DNA of 58,570 nucleotides, filler included, from Perkinsus olseni (Eukaryota): NCBI GenBank assembly GCA_013115125.1. It is 2 parts of 2 records of this genome, joined end to end, with 100 filler letters (N's around TTAATTAATTAA, not from the genome) between each part and the next. Parts side by side here need not be neighbours in the genome. Positions count along the whole stretch, not along the records: positions 29,362 to 58,570 come from JABANN010000434.1; 1 more part is not named here. One strand, 5' to 3'. Shown piece by piece: positions 38,691 to 49,709 of this stretch (position 1 is its first letter; each line of letters starts with the position of its first letter). The notes under the pieces were generated by a model. It saw only the letters and a program-made list of their open reading frames with translations, ran no database searches and was not told where the DNA came from. The position numbers and the translations under genes were made by a program.

Positions 38691-40721
38691 TTACAACTCC
38701 TCAACGCCCGGCAAATCAGTGAAATTATCATAACCGCTGAACGAACGAACGGCAGGCTGGACAATAGTTTGATAACCGACAGAAATCGGCTTGGCGACGA
38801 TCCGAAACAGCCACGCGGAAAGGGAGAAAATCATCAACCGTTTCAGAATGATAAACACACATACCAGCATAAAGAAAATGAATGACCACCAGATGAATTT
38901 GTCATCCGCATCGATTCTTCTCTTCAGACTGGTCATCGCTTCACTTGCCGTCTTCAACGCTCCCGAGTAGTTGTTGGCGTACTCGTCATTAACATCCCTG
39001 ATCTTCCCGCTGGAATCGGTCAGCGTGTCTTCCGTAACTCGCATGCGCTGAGAGTGAAGGAAAGATTCTTAAACTTCTCACTTGATCTGATTTCAAATAA
39101 TAGAGAATATGATATCTAATAATTTCAACTTAACGGAGATGTATCCTAACGACTCCCGGGTGTTCGTACACTGGTTACTCACCACAACCTCATTATACAC
39201 TTTTTCAATCAGAATTGCGCCAACGTCTCCTCCGAGTCCCCAAGAGCAACTAATAGCGAAGGGCAGAATATTCTCTCACTCACCGATAGCTTCGTCCGTA
39301 TATCAGTCCTGGAGCCGATTAAAGTGCTCTGATTTCCGAGTCCAAGTTCTCGGAAAAGCGGCTTTCCCGAGCTCGGATAAAAACTATGAATTAAAGTGCG
39401 TTCGAAAATCCGAGCTTTTTTCCGAGCTCGGAAATGGTGTTACTCGGTTCCGAGTGAGGCAATATCTCGATTGTCGATTAAAGTGCTGAGCATTCCGAGT
39501 TCCAAGTTCGAAAAGTTTTCAGGGTCTTTGGACTCCAGGAAATCCGGACCCGAGCTCGGAAAACCCACAAAACCACTCGCCAACAATGAGCGCTGACTCG
39601 TAGAAAACCATCGAGTCTTCGCCAAGAAATCCCGACAGGAAGAAACGCTCCTCGCACGCAAAGATTCGGGGCGTTCCACTCTGTCCGAGTTACTCGGGAA
39701 ACACCTAAATATCGAGAATTTTTCCGAGACCGAGCTCGTGATGCCGTTGAGCACTTTAATTCGGGGAAAGTGACTCGGTCCGAGTTCTCGGGAAGAGTCC
39801 TCGGGAAATCGACTTTCCCGAGGGATCGCACTTTAATCCATGGACTCTCGGAATGCGATTTCCAAGGCTCGGAACTCGGTAACCGAGTACTAGGACTCGG
39901 AACTTGGAGGGCCTTAGCACTTTAATCGGCTCCTGGGGATTTATCTCGACGACTCTCCGCTTATAGTACTCATTACAAATTCATCGTCCGAAGATTTCGC
40001 GGAAACCTTTGTCTACTCATTTCGGCACCTCCCCAACTACCACCGGAAAGCCACCACAAAATAAGTGCGCTCAAAGTGACGCCCGTGGGATTCGAACTTT
40101 CGTCACGAAGGCCTAGTGCTCACCAACTCGATCAGAGAAATACATAATATTGACCGACATTTCTAATTTATAACATTAAATAAGAGAAATTCATAATATT
40201 GACAGCCGCCGAACCCAGTCCTCTCTACAATCAACTTGAAAAAAACTACACAACTCCAACCGGGGGAATACTACGACTAAGACACATCGCTGCTAGTCGG
40301 ACTAAGCCAGTTGGATTCGAAACACTCCGTCGCCCTTCTCGGCGGAGGTCGAGCATGGGTACGGTCCAACGCCGGTAGTACCGGTAACTGGCACTTCAAT
40401 AGCTCCGCCACTGTTGTGATTACCGCAACTTCATAGGCAGTTCAACGCCACCTCGCCACTACTGTGGTCAATGCGATCCTTGCCAAGAGAGTCTCCAAGC
40501 GCAGGAAATGCCAATGAACTCACTCGACGTTAAACTTGATACACGCCACGAGCATCCCTGCGCACCTCAACATTATCCCTCATCTGCTGCACTGATCTCC
40601 TCATCACCCTCCCCGCAGCTCTGCTACTACTCGAGCTCCCCTCAGTGGTGGACTTGGCAGTCGTCGACGAGGAGGAGGTCGAACCAAACAGCCGCTCCCT
40701 TCCTGCTGCTGACTCCGCCAT
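38691..40721 (-). CDS. SEC20: Sec20/BNIP1-type ER Qb-SNARE with a ~1.5-kb intron (~39048-40565); start uncertain
   Basis: QQMRDNVE|RMRVTEDTLTDSSGKIRDVNDEY...LKRRIDADDKFIWWSFIFFMLVCVFIILKRL: Sec20 SNARE motif plus C-terminal TM with the KRL tail. Confidence 0.82.
39312..39932. mobile_element. Non-autonomous TIR element (MITE), PIF/Harbinger-like, in the SEC20 intron
   Basis: TIRs GAGCCGATTAAAGTGCT / AGCACTTTAATCGGCTC; flanking CTG direct repeat at 39309-39311 and 39933-39935; internal ATTAAAGTGC x3 on the left and GCACTTTAAT x3 on the right. Confidence 0.85.
40073..40098 (-). pseudogene. Orphan tRNA 3' end (Leu/Ser-like) in the long SEC20 intron
   Basis: G TTCGAAT CCCAC GGGCGTC A CTTT; an A-box-like GATCGAGTTGGT lies ~25 nt upstream. 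Confidence 0.65.
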
Positions 40722-41453
40722 TTGAAGAGATGAACAACAACAACAACAACTGATGAACACGCGGCTCCTGGCAAGAGGGAAATCTCCTCCATGCGCCACA
40801 CAGGCGAACTTTGGCGGCGCGTGAAAAAGAAGCCGCGAGTGAGTAAAGGCATCATCAGCGATAGAATGCTATCCCCGCATCTCTACTTAGTATGAAGACA
40901 TAATTACCCTTCAACGGACGTGACAAAGACCTTCTCTTCGCGAATCAATATTAAAGCTGGTAGGCTCGTCTCCTGTCCGGTCGTCGATTCACAGTACGAG
41001 ATCTCTTCCCAATGCTCCGCGGACGAAAGACTGCCACTTTCATCACGCGCGTATATCGATGGAGTTTCACCCGTAATCAAGTGGCGTCTTCGCCAAGTTA
41101 AATATGCATACGCAAAAAAGATATTTTTTTGTGGCCGGAATTATTGCTCGCCCGAAAACAATTCAGCGGTCAGTGACGACAGTTCTGATCTGAGAAAAAA
41201 ATTTGATAATTCCTTACAAATTCCGAATAATGTCGAACCTTGTGAAATACTCCAATCCGTCTTGTCATTTTTGAAAAAGAGAAATTCTCTTGGAGAATTA
41301 TTCCCATCTCGTGTCCGACAGAAAATCGCGAATTTATCGCGCTAGAACCCAACACGGTTCAAGGAGAAACATTATTAATAAAATTTCACAGCTACCATCA
41401 TCGACACTCAATAAGTCAGCAGCTGATCACCGTCACGCGCCACGAAATTATCC

Positions 41454-44400
41454 TCAGCCCTCGTTCTGAGGTCTCCTCATCTGCGCTCTCAGCGAAGCCA
41501 CCACTTCTCCTACCGACTGCGGGAGACTGCGCTCGGGAGAGGGGAGGTTCTCAACGTCCGGTACCTGTGGACGGCAGAGATGATCATCGACAAGGTACGT
41601 CGTGTGAGTCTAAGAAGCGCTTATCTTCACAGTACGATTGATCATAGCTCGGCCAGCGAACCAACTAAATTAAAGTGACATAACCCGAGCTTTACTACCC
41701 CTCCCCCAACTGCTGCACCCAGGCCGTCCATATCGCGACGGTCCACCATATCACCCAACTCGTCCCGCTCAGGAGCCCACGCAGCGACCTGTGTAAACAC
41801 CGAGCTGTATAAATTTCTAAAAAATGCGCCCCTGCCGGGAATCGAACCTGCGCCTTACCGCGTTGAACAACAGCGTCCACAGATGCTCAGCCTTCGGGCT
41901 CAACTTCAACGCCGCCAAGTAAAACCTACTCGACAACCCCAGCCTGCACGACTCTTGATCAACCATACAACTACCTTATCCCGTCCTGATGTTGATTCAA
42001 GTTGCAGTGTGCTATCGCTAGGTTGGACCATGCACGAGCGTAGTTCGGCTTCAACTTCAGGGCCTGCGCCAACGAAACAAAAGCCATGATAACAAAGTAT
42101 AACCATAGCGCAATATCCAAGCACTCCGAAAAGAATTACACTAGTTCGACTACTGTGAGACCAATCCCTTATGCTCGAGTATTCGATAGACAGCGGCGCC
42201 GTAACCACTTCGACTAGCCGACAACCTCCGTCCAACCGAGCGAGCAGCGAGACAACCTCCCGCGAGAGCCCCATCAACATCCTCTCCACCACCCAAGTCT
42301 AACCTGATTATATGCCACAAGTGACGCTTCAGACAGCCCCGAGTTCGCCAAGGTTGCGCCAAGTTTGTTCCACCTGCTCCCAGACTTCAACTGTGAGCAT
42401 CCAACTGCCGCACGGTCCACTTACAGAGTCGGGTCCTCCGGCCGCAAAGTGGCGGCTGTTATGAAGCTCTCCGCCGCCCTGCCGTAGCTCCTATCGATAT
42501 TATAAGCTACTCCGAGAGCTACGAAAACATCGGCGTCTTGCGGTCGACTATCGGCCGCCCTCTCCAAGAGCGAGACAACCTGATCGGGGGCGCACTGGAT
42601 GGAAGGGACGGCTGACTATGGGATGGCTACGTCTTTTTTCAAGAAGTCGTAGTCTAGTAGCATCTGGGGGTTTGCAGTGTTGGCTTCGACGAGTCCGTGA
42701 TATGCTTCGTGGTTTTGGAGCCACTCACTGTCAATGGACAAGGAGAATGAAAAATGCGAAAAAAGCGACATCGGCAGGATTCGAACCTGCGCGGGCTGAG
42801 CCCATTGGATTTCAAGTCCAACTCCTTAACCACTCGGACACGATGTCGATGTAAAACTCGGCATCCGTCCAGGCGCCACTGCCTCGAGCAACTTACCGTA
42901 GTATTTTCAATGCCCTATATGAGTCCAACTCGTTAGTGAGAGACACTCCAAGTGCCAACAAGCTGTCCGTATTGTACGGGTCTGCGTCATGACCTCGTTC
43001 CAGGCACGTCTGAAGACACTCAACTCACCACCACTGCGATGCCTCCAGCCCTCTTCTCACTATCGCTTCCACATCCATATCGTTTGCTGCATGCATCAAC
43101 CCCAGCAGCCGCCACCCTTCCGAGGAGTCCGGATGCTGTTGGACCTGCCGACCCATCTCACCACAATCTCTCTATCCTACCGCGCCTACCTCCGCCTCTA
43201 GCGCGAGCATAGCCTCCTTGTCCTTCCCTTCCGCCAACAACCTCATCGCCAACTGCAAGGGTGACTCGGAAGATTCCAAATACCTGACAATACAACCACA
43301 CAGCTAACATGCCTCTAACGCTCAACACCGCTGCCGACGTGAATAGTTCACTGCGAATTTCACAACATCTACGATGCGGGTTACGAGGAAAATCATACAT
43401 GAACTTTCAACTTTCACAAGCCATGGAAGAGCGCCCAAGCCAACGACGATTCCCTTCAACACACCACTCATCAATGCCTCACACCAGCGCTCAGCAAAAT
43501 GTTATCTACCCGTCAAGTTGGTCTAGTTCACCCCCTTCATTACGGGTTTTCCGTATTGAACTCATACGTATCTCTCGCACTTGTCCAACCATCCTGCTGT
43601 AACCAGCCTTCCTGCTGCATCTGCTGCCACACATCATCCATCGGCCCTGAATCATCAGCCAGTCTCCCACATTTCCCCGCCACCAGCTCACCAAAAATGC
43701 CAGCATTCTCTTCGCGGTTCATCTGTTCCTGCTCCTCTGTGATCTCCTCAGCATGAGCCATAGCTGCTGCTGCCTCGTCGTACAAAGCCTCCCAATTAAC
43801 AGGCTCGCCAGTCGAGTCCAGTACCTAGGTAAAGAGATGACTGGAGTTGAGTGATACTGAATCCGCAAAGCCTGATCAGAACCAGACAAATGGCCAACCG
43901 CAGCAGTGGAGCGTAAACATCAACTTTTGAGTAGCTTCTACTGTGAAAGCTACTCAAAGGTTGTGACAAAGAAAACACTGCATAGAAATATCGATAATAA
44001 AATGTACGAAAAGTACAATGGCATCACGCAGCTGGGTTCGCTGGGGCACGCCCTTGAGGCCGACTTCGACCTTCAACTTTTCTCATATCAAGGTTGCTAA
44101 CGAACCCTAAAAGGTCTCCATGTCGCTAGTAGTATGTGATATATCGCTATATTTATCGCTAATGTCAAATAAACTGCATCAGTTCACTCGTGGTAGGATA
44201 GACCAATAGCATATGGGTTCAGAGGACCAGCCATCGCTAATTGGTCTATCAGACGAATACTCGTACTAGGATACCTATCGCGCATACAAGACGGCAGTAC
44301 ACATCCATGATCCTTGCTCTCGGCCGGCCCAATCTCTGTCCACAAGTTTGGAGGCCAGCATCAAATAGCTGTGGTTTAGGATTGTGTTGATAAAGTCTGT

Positions 44401-47400
44401 GGAGCGCCAGCCTGTGCAGAAGCCCTGAACGATACTAGAAGCCTGTACGTCCTCTGGCGGACCCTATCATTTCTCTCCTTCCACAGGTCGAAGTACTCAG
44501 TCATACTCTTGCACCTTCTCTCATAGATCTCTGCAGAGATTCTTGCACATGAGGCCTGGAGGTCAGCGTCGAGAACGGCGGAGGACAGTCTGCTAGGCCG
44601 ATCGAGCCCATTCAAGGCTGGCTCGGGCTGCCTCCCCGTATCAAAGACGCCCGATCGACCCTCACAGGGGTGAATTCGCTTCACAAACACCCCCAGGCGA
44701 GCTTCATACCACCATGCTTGATGCGCATCGCTCTGCTGGCATCCTACAGCCCTGCTGGGATAGCATCCTTCGTAAATAGTAAACTGTATACACTACGCTC
44801 GGATCAGGGAGGAATGTTCGAAAAAGGCTTCGCCGAAGTCACTTCGGCAGCCCTTCATTTTTCCCTCGACGGTTCCGTACAGTTGCCTGCGTCAAATCTC
44901 TTATTCGTTGAGGCTTCCACGGAGCCCCAACGTCGTGGTAGCCTCGCAACCGTCACGAAAAAAGCGGCTTTTGAATTAAGCGCACTCAGCGGAGCCAGAC
45001 ATTCCATATTTTCATGCCTACCTTATCATCGGCCAACTGTAAATCACCTTTGACGATCTGATCTACAAAATCCACGAACTGGCTGTTGGCGAATTTGGCA
45101 TTGCCAGACGACCCTGAAAAAGTTATTGCGCTTGTAAAGCTGACGGCCGATCATTCCCTTTGTGCATCAAACGCCAGAAGATGTTACCCAGCGCTTTGGT
45201 CTAGGTTTTCAGCACAAATACTCTCAACATTACTTCAATCTGACAGCAGCTCGTCTTAGACTCCTAGTGACGAGCGTCTCAGTGGACATCTGTCTCACAA
45301 AGCGATACAGCTCTACAATGCTGATACCATAGCATTCAACCTAGATCGCGAATCCGAGGGAGCTCTGATAACGTCTATGACGGCCGAGACTACTTATATG
45401 CTCAGTTCGAAATTGACCGGTACTTATCAGCCAATGATAATACCCCTTGACACCCGATGATTATTGGATACTAGGCATACAGTTGATTGGCACCAACCAT
45501 TCCAAGTTCACATTCTTCACCGACGCACGACCTCTGTATACCCCGTACTCTGATTTATCGGATGAAAGCAGCGACATTAGACGTATTGCTCGGTAACTAT
45601 GTTTCACTTTCAATCAGCGAAATCTTTTTTTACTATCAGTAAGCTAGGGGAAAACTTCGTCCGACTGAGTTGGCAGCTGCAAGCTCTCCAATCGTTCCTT
45701 CTCTTCCTTACGCATGGTCTCGACCATCCTCTTGGCCGCGTCCACATCAACATTCTTGTCGACGGTAGCAGCGGTGGTGGCATCACTAGGGCTCGTCACT
45801 GCCTGCTGTTGCAAGGGGAGTTGAACGGGTGGAGGAAGGGGGGCTTGGTGATACAACTGAAAAGGACAGCGTCTTCTACCCGATCGCACAGAGCACGCCG
45901 CAATAAAGGTTTCAGGAAACTCCAGTAGTTAAAACGGACGAGTAGTGACTCAGATTACCTACCGGCAGAAGGGCACCCGAGGGTTATCATTGATCACTGA
46001 TCAAACGACTAAAAATATTTCCAACCTTGTGAAGACCAGCATTTTTCTGGAAAATCCTTTCATTTTTTGGAAATTTTTTCCAATAAAAGTGAGACATTGA
46101 GGATATTTCCAACAGTTTTCGATTGACCACCTGCGGAGGCATTGGATGAAATACTGCTTGCTGATGCTGCTGTGGCTGCTGCATCGCCGGTCCCGCGAAC
46201 GCTACCGTCGGTGGCGCCGCCGACTCCGACCGCACAGGATGCATCATGGCCGGCCTGATGAACACAGATGCCGGTCCGAGTAGCCGGCAGAACACCCCTG
46301 ACCTCATCTGGTTCACCTGTCTTCCATCGAATTCTTGAGCCCAATTGGCCGCGCCTTGTGTAGTAACTGACACACGAATTCCTTAACACCAACGGCCTCC
46401 GACCAAAAGGATATTCAGACTCTCATCAACGCTCATTACAATGGCGCACTGACAGTTACCGACAACCGGCATCAATTATCCACGCATAGAACTTTCGCAC
46501 CACCACAACAAGGAGTTGTCAACGACCACTTACTGTTGTATAAAGGAAGTGAAATTGAACATTATAACAGATCTGTTAATCAGGGCCCTTGTCAAACGAA
46601 CAACAAAACCTTCCTTCATTGTAAAACAAGGTATGGTAGTAAAGGATAGTATGATGGCAGGGACTCTATACCACTCGTCCCTCAAATCAGCTTTTATAAG
46701 AGCCATCAGTAGCCAACTTGACCTACTTTCCGCCATCGGATGGTTATCAATGTTCATAAAACTAGCATCCATTGCCGCTGCACTCGGCCCTCCTGCCATA
46801 TGGCCTGCCAGCCTCTGATCCAATGCTGGGCCCGAGGAGGATGACGATGACAACTGAGGAGCACCTGAAAGTATAGCCCTACTACGCTAGTAGTAATGCT
46901 TCCACTGCCATCAGCAGCATTTCGGATAGACCGCTGAACCGTATCATCTATCGAAGTCCCACAGTCCCATCACATAAGCCAAGGCGAAATTATCATTCTC
47001 TCCGACGAGAACCACACAACGCGTTACACCGAGTAATACCAACATTCCCCCAACTCATCTCTCCTAGTACTAACTGAAAGCTACCAAGGGATGCCCTCCT
47101 GCGTGAGATGAGCCAGAACCCATTCCCGATCAATAGTTGCTCGCAATCTCAGGGCTAACTATATCTCATTCTTTTAGCGGAGCGACGCAATTCCAAAGGG
47201 AAAAAGGGCTAGGGTGTGTAAAGAATAGCTTCTCTGCTAACAATACTACCCACCAAACGAGTGCCTCCCTCTACATATTCCGCATCTTCCACGGGTCAAC
47301 CTCGGATACCCCCTACTACCAGTCATCCCTTGCCTCTGTGTAGCAGCTGCAGCTCTGGTCATCGAGTCCGTGAAACTCTTGAGAGGGTTGCGGCCCTGCA

Positions 47401-47449
47401 TCGCCACATTGGCGGGTTTGGACGGCTGCCCACCGGGGTTGTTGAACAT
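41454..47449 (-). CDS. PEX5: Peroxisomal PTS1 receptor PEX5, multi-exon with large introns
   Basis: N-terminal NPL, WxxxF (NWAQEF), KFANSQFVDFVDQI, YEFNTENP. TPR exons: EAMLALEAE..EGWRLLG..ND, LLALGVSLTNE, LWNKLGATLANS, ALKLKPNYARAWSNLAIA, FYLAALKLSP. Stop TGA at 41454. Confidence 0.95.
41819..41853 (-). pseudogene. Orphan tRNA 3' end directly after the donor of PEX5 intron 41789-41858
   Basis: gtaag GC GCAGG TTCGATT CCCGG CAGGGGC GCA TTTTTT ...acacag; splicing joins LLFNA|VAAWAPE in frame. Confidence 0.78.
42766..42847 (-). tRNA. tRNA-Ser(UGA), sense inside PEX5 intron 42728-42896
   Basis: Acceptor GACATCG/CGATGTC + G73, anticodon arm TTGGA-CT TGA AA-TCCAA, long variable arm GGGCTCAGCCC, T-arm GCAGG TTCGAAT CCTGC, T6 terminator. 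Confidence 0.98.
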
Positions 47450-47623
47450 GCCCTCAATAAAACAATACTACTGGCAACTACAGCTCAGTCAGATGAGAAT
47501 CCAAGGTTGAAGCTGGCCTCGAACGAAAAAAAAGATACGCCTCATTTTCTATCATCGGAGCAACATACCACACCTTTCCCTAAACGCAACAACCGCCTGC
47601 CAGAAACACAACCAACAACACTA

Positions 47624-49570
47624 TCATGGAACAGCAATTTCGAGATCCCGCAGGACCTGGCGAACGTCCGCATCCAACTCGCCGTCAGCCATCAAGCGGT
47701 CTCGCAAAGTGGTCAATAGCGTCTCTCGACGTACCTTGCCGGAGGGAAGAAGATCTCAAGGAATTCAGCGACTCATTTTATGCTACCGCCACGACCACAA
47801 CCGAAATATTGCCCCTTCTAGCTTTGAGTGTTCCTGACAGTCTGGTCGCAGACTGGTAACAGTCGTTAAAGTACCATGAATCACCAACTTCCTAGTACTA
47901 AGGAATCGACTAACTCGAGTGGACGGGCGTATCCATCAACGTTCTCAACAGGCCAACCTCAGCCAGCTCCAGAGAAGTCGCTCCGAGCTCACCTTCAAAC
48001 TCTTGCAACTCATGATAATTGAGTTCGCCAGCTGTCCATCAATTTCCTCCCCGAGCGACTCCAACGACCGCAGCAACTCCCCTACAGTCTGCCGAGCTCT
48101 ACGCTTTGAGTACCCTGGTACACCTACCAATTTTGTATCTTCCTAGCTTCAAGCTAGGATACGTTTCGCCGATAACTCACCATTGGAGCTATCAAGCCGA
48201 CTCAGTCCCGCTATGCAGGAGAGAGCTTTTACGATATCCTCAGGATCTCTGCAGGCCGTCACCTTGCTCGGCCCTGACACGAAGATACCCGATAAGACGA
48301 CGGTATACAAGCCAGTAAGAGACGTATCTTTCCGACGTGTCAAAGCTATGCTTCAACCTTAGATACTCACCCAAGCACTGCGACAATATCTGCTCCTCCT
48401 GCTCCGTAGGCGCCGACCGAGAGGCCACTAAAGCAGCGAAGTACCACCGAACCGTCAAGCATCACTCTGGTATTGCAAGCACACTGCCAGAAACTAGCCA
48501 AGCTATCTTAGGCGATCAATCTACGAGGTCGCAGGTTCGAGTCCCAGGCCCGGCATTTCTCCGACAGATAATTATCGTGTACTGTACAAATATTGTGAAG
48601 AGAGAAGCCCTGTGCCGCCAAGACATGCGCTCGTGCCGACTAATATCAACGCTGTCTCTCAGGCCCACACGAAGAATTCATACCACAACTCGCCCAACTA
48701 TTCAGTAAATCCCGAGCGATTCCTCTACCATACCCGAACTCACTATGAGTGTAGAACTGCCCAACTGCAATTCCCTCACTCGCCGACAGCCACGGCATCG
48801 ATTTCAGTGCTGCTGGATTGACGCACTGAGAGAAGACGAATCACCACATAACTGCCGAGCTCATTCCCTTCGCATAAATCAGTAAAAAATTTTGTTGATC
48901 TCTGACAAAAAACAAGGCTATCGATCGATGGGTTATAGGGACTCTATTATGAAGTCAATAACACTCGAGAAGGATCACGAAAGCCACACTTATGAAGGTC
49001 TATCGCCATTCCGGTGCGTATCGCCTGCTTCGAAATATCCTAGGTAATCGGCCGCGGGTTCGAATCCCAGGTGGGAATCTTTGCGTTTCACGGTTTCATC
49101 GTGAAACGGTCGCAGATCCCTCTTAAGCAATGCGTTCATGAATCCCGAGCATACATAAAAAACTTCTATATATAATGACTCCAATAACAATATCACTAGA
49201 GAAGGGTCACGAAAATCACAATTATGAAGGTCTATCGCCATTACGGTCTGCGTTTCCGGGGAACTGCGTACGGTGACTCGGCGGAGCGAAGATTTTTGGA
49301 GCACCTCACAGACGCGGTACGCGGTCTCGAATTGCAACAACTGTGGACTTGCAATATCAGTCGAGCAGCTCCTGCAACCTTACGAGTTCATTCAGCCGCT
49401 AAGGCGCACTATGACGACCGGAAAATGAACCAGGGAAGAGCACTTGTCAAGACTTCCCAACTCGCAACCCCATCGCTTCCCATAATCATTCTCAACCAAG
49501 ACCAGAGCCTACCAGTCGAACTCGGTCGATACCCGCGCTCGCCCGGGGATATGCAATTCTTGAGAAGCAT
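47624..49570 (-). CDS. Hypothetical multi-exon helical protein
   Basis: Exon-like ORFs 48240-48458 and 47945-48130; terminal exon ...RDLEIAVP* at 47624. Start uncertain. Confidence 0.45.
48526..48558 (+). pseudogene. Orphan tRNA 3' end, antisense within a probable intron
   Basis: GAGGTC GCAGG TTCGAGT CCCAG GCCCGGC A TTT. Confidence 0.65.
49050..49082 (+). pseudogene. Orphan tRNA 3' end (Gln-like), antisense within a probable intron
   Basis: GCC GCGGG TTCGAAT CCCAG GTGGGAA TCTTT. Confidence 0.55.
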
Positions 49571-49709
49571 TCGAGAAGTCGGGATAGATTTCTCGGTGAC
49601 AGGCTCGGAACTGCCGTCGCCAACTGCACCTACAAGAGAATCATTTCGCGCGCCACAAAATTAAGCCATCACACAGTCCGTAACACCTAACGATCTCAGA
49701 CTATCCGAT

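Noticed and set aside
31961-41853. Co-oriented orphan tRNA 3' ends read as attR sites of tandem integrative islands
   Set aside because: The intervening DNA is contiguous exons of host genes and no integrase ORF is visible; the fragments are intronic.
29441-49082. Split or trans-spliced tRNA halves
   Set aside because: None of the 3' acceptor strands complements the observed Arg 5' half (needs GAAGGGC), and the T-stems do not pair.
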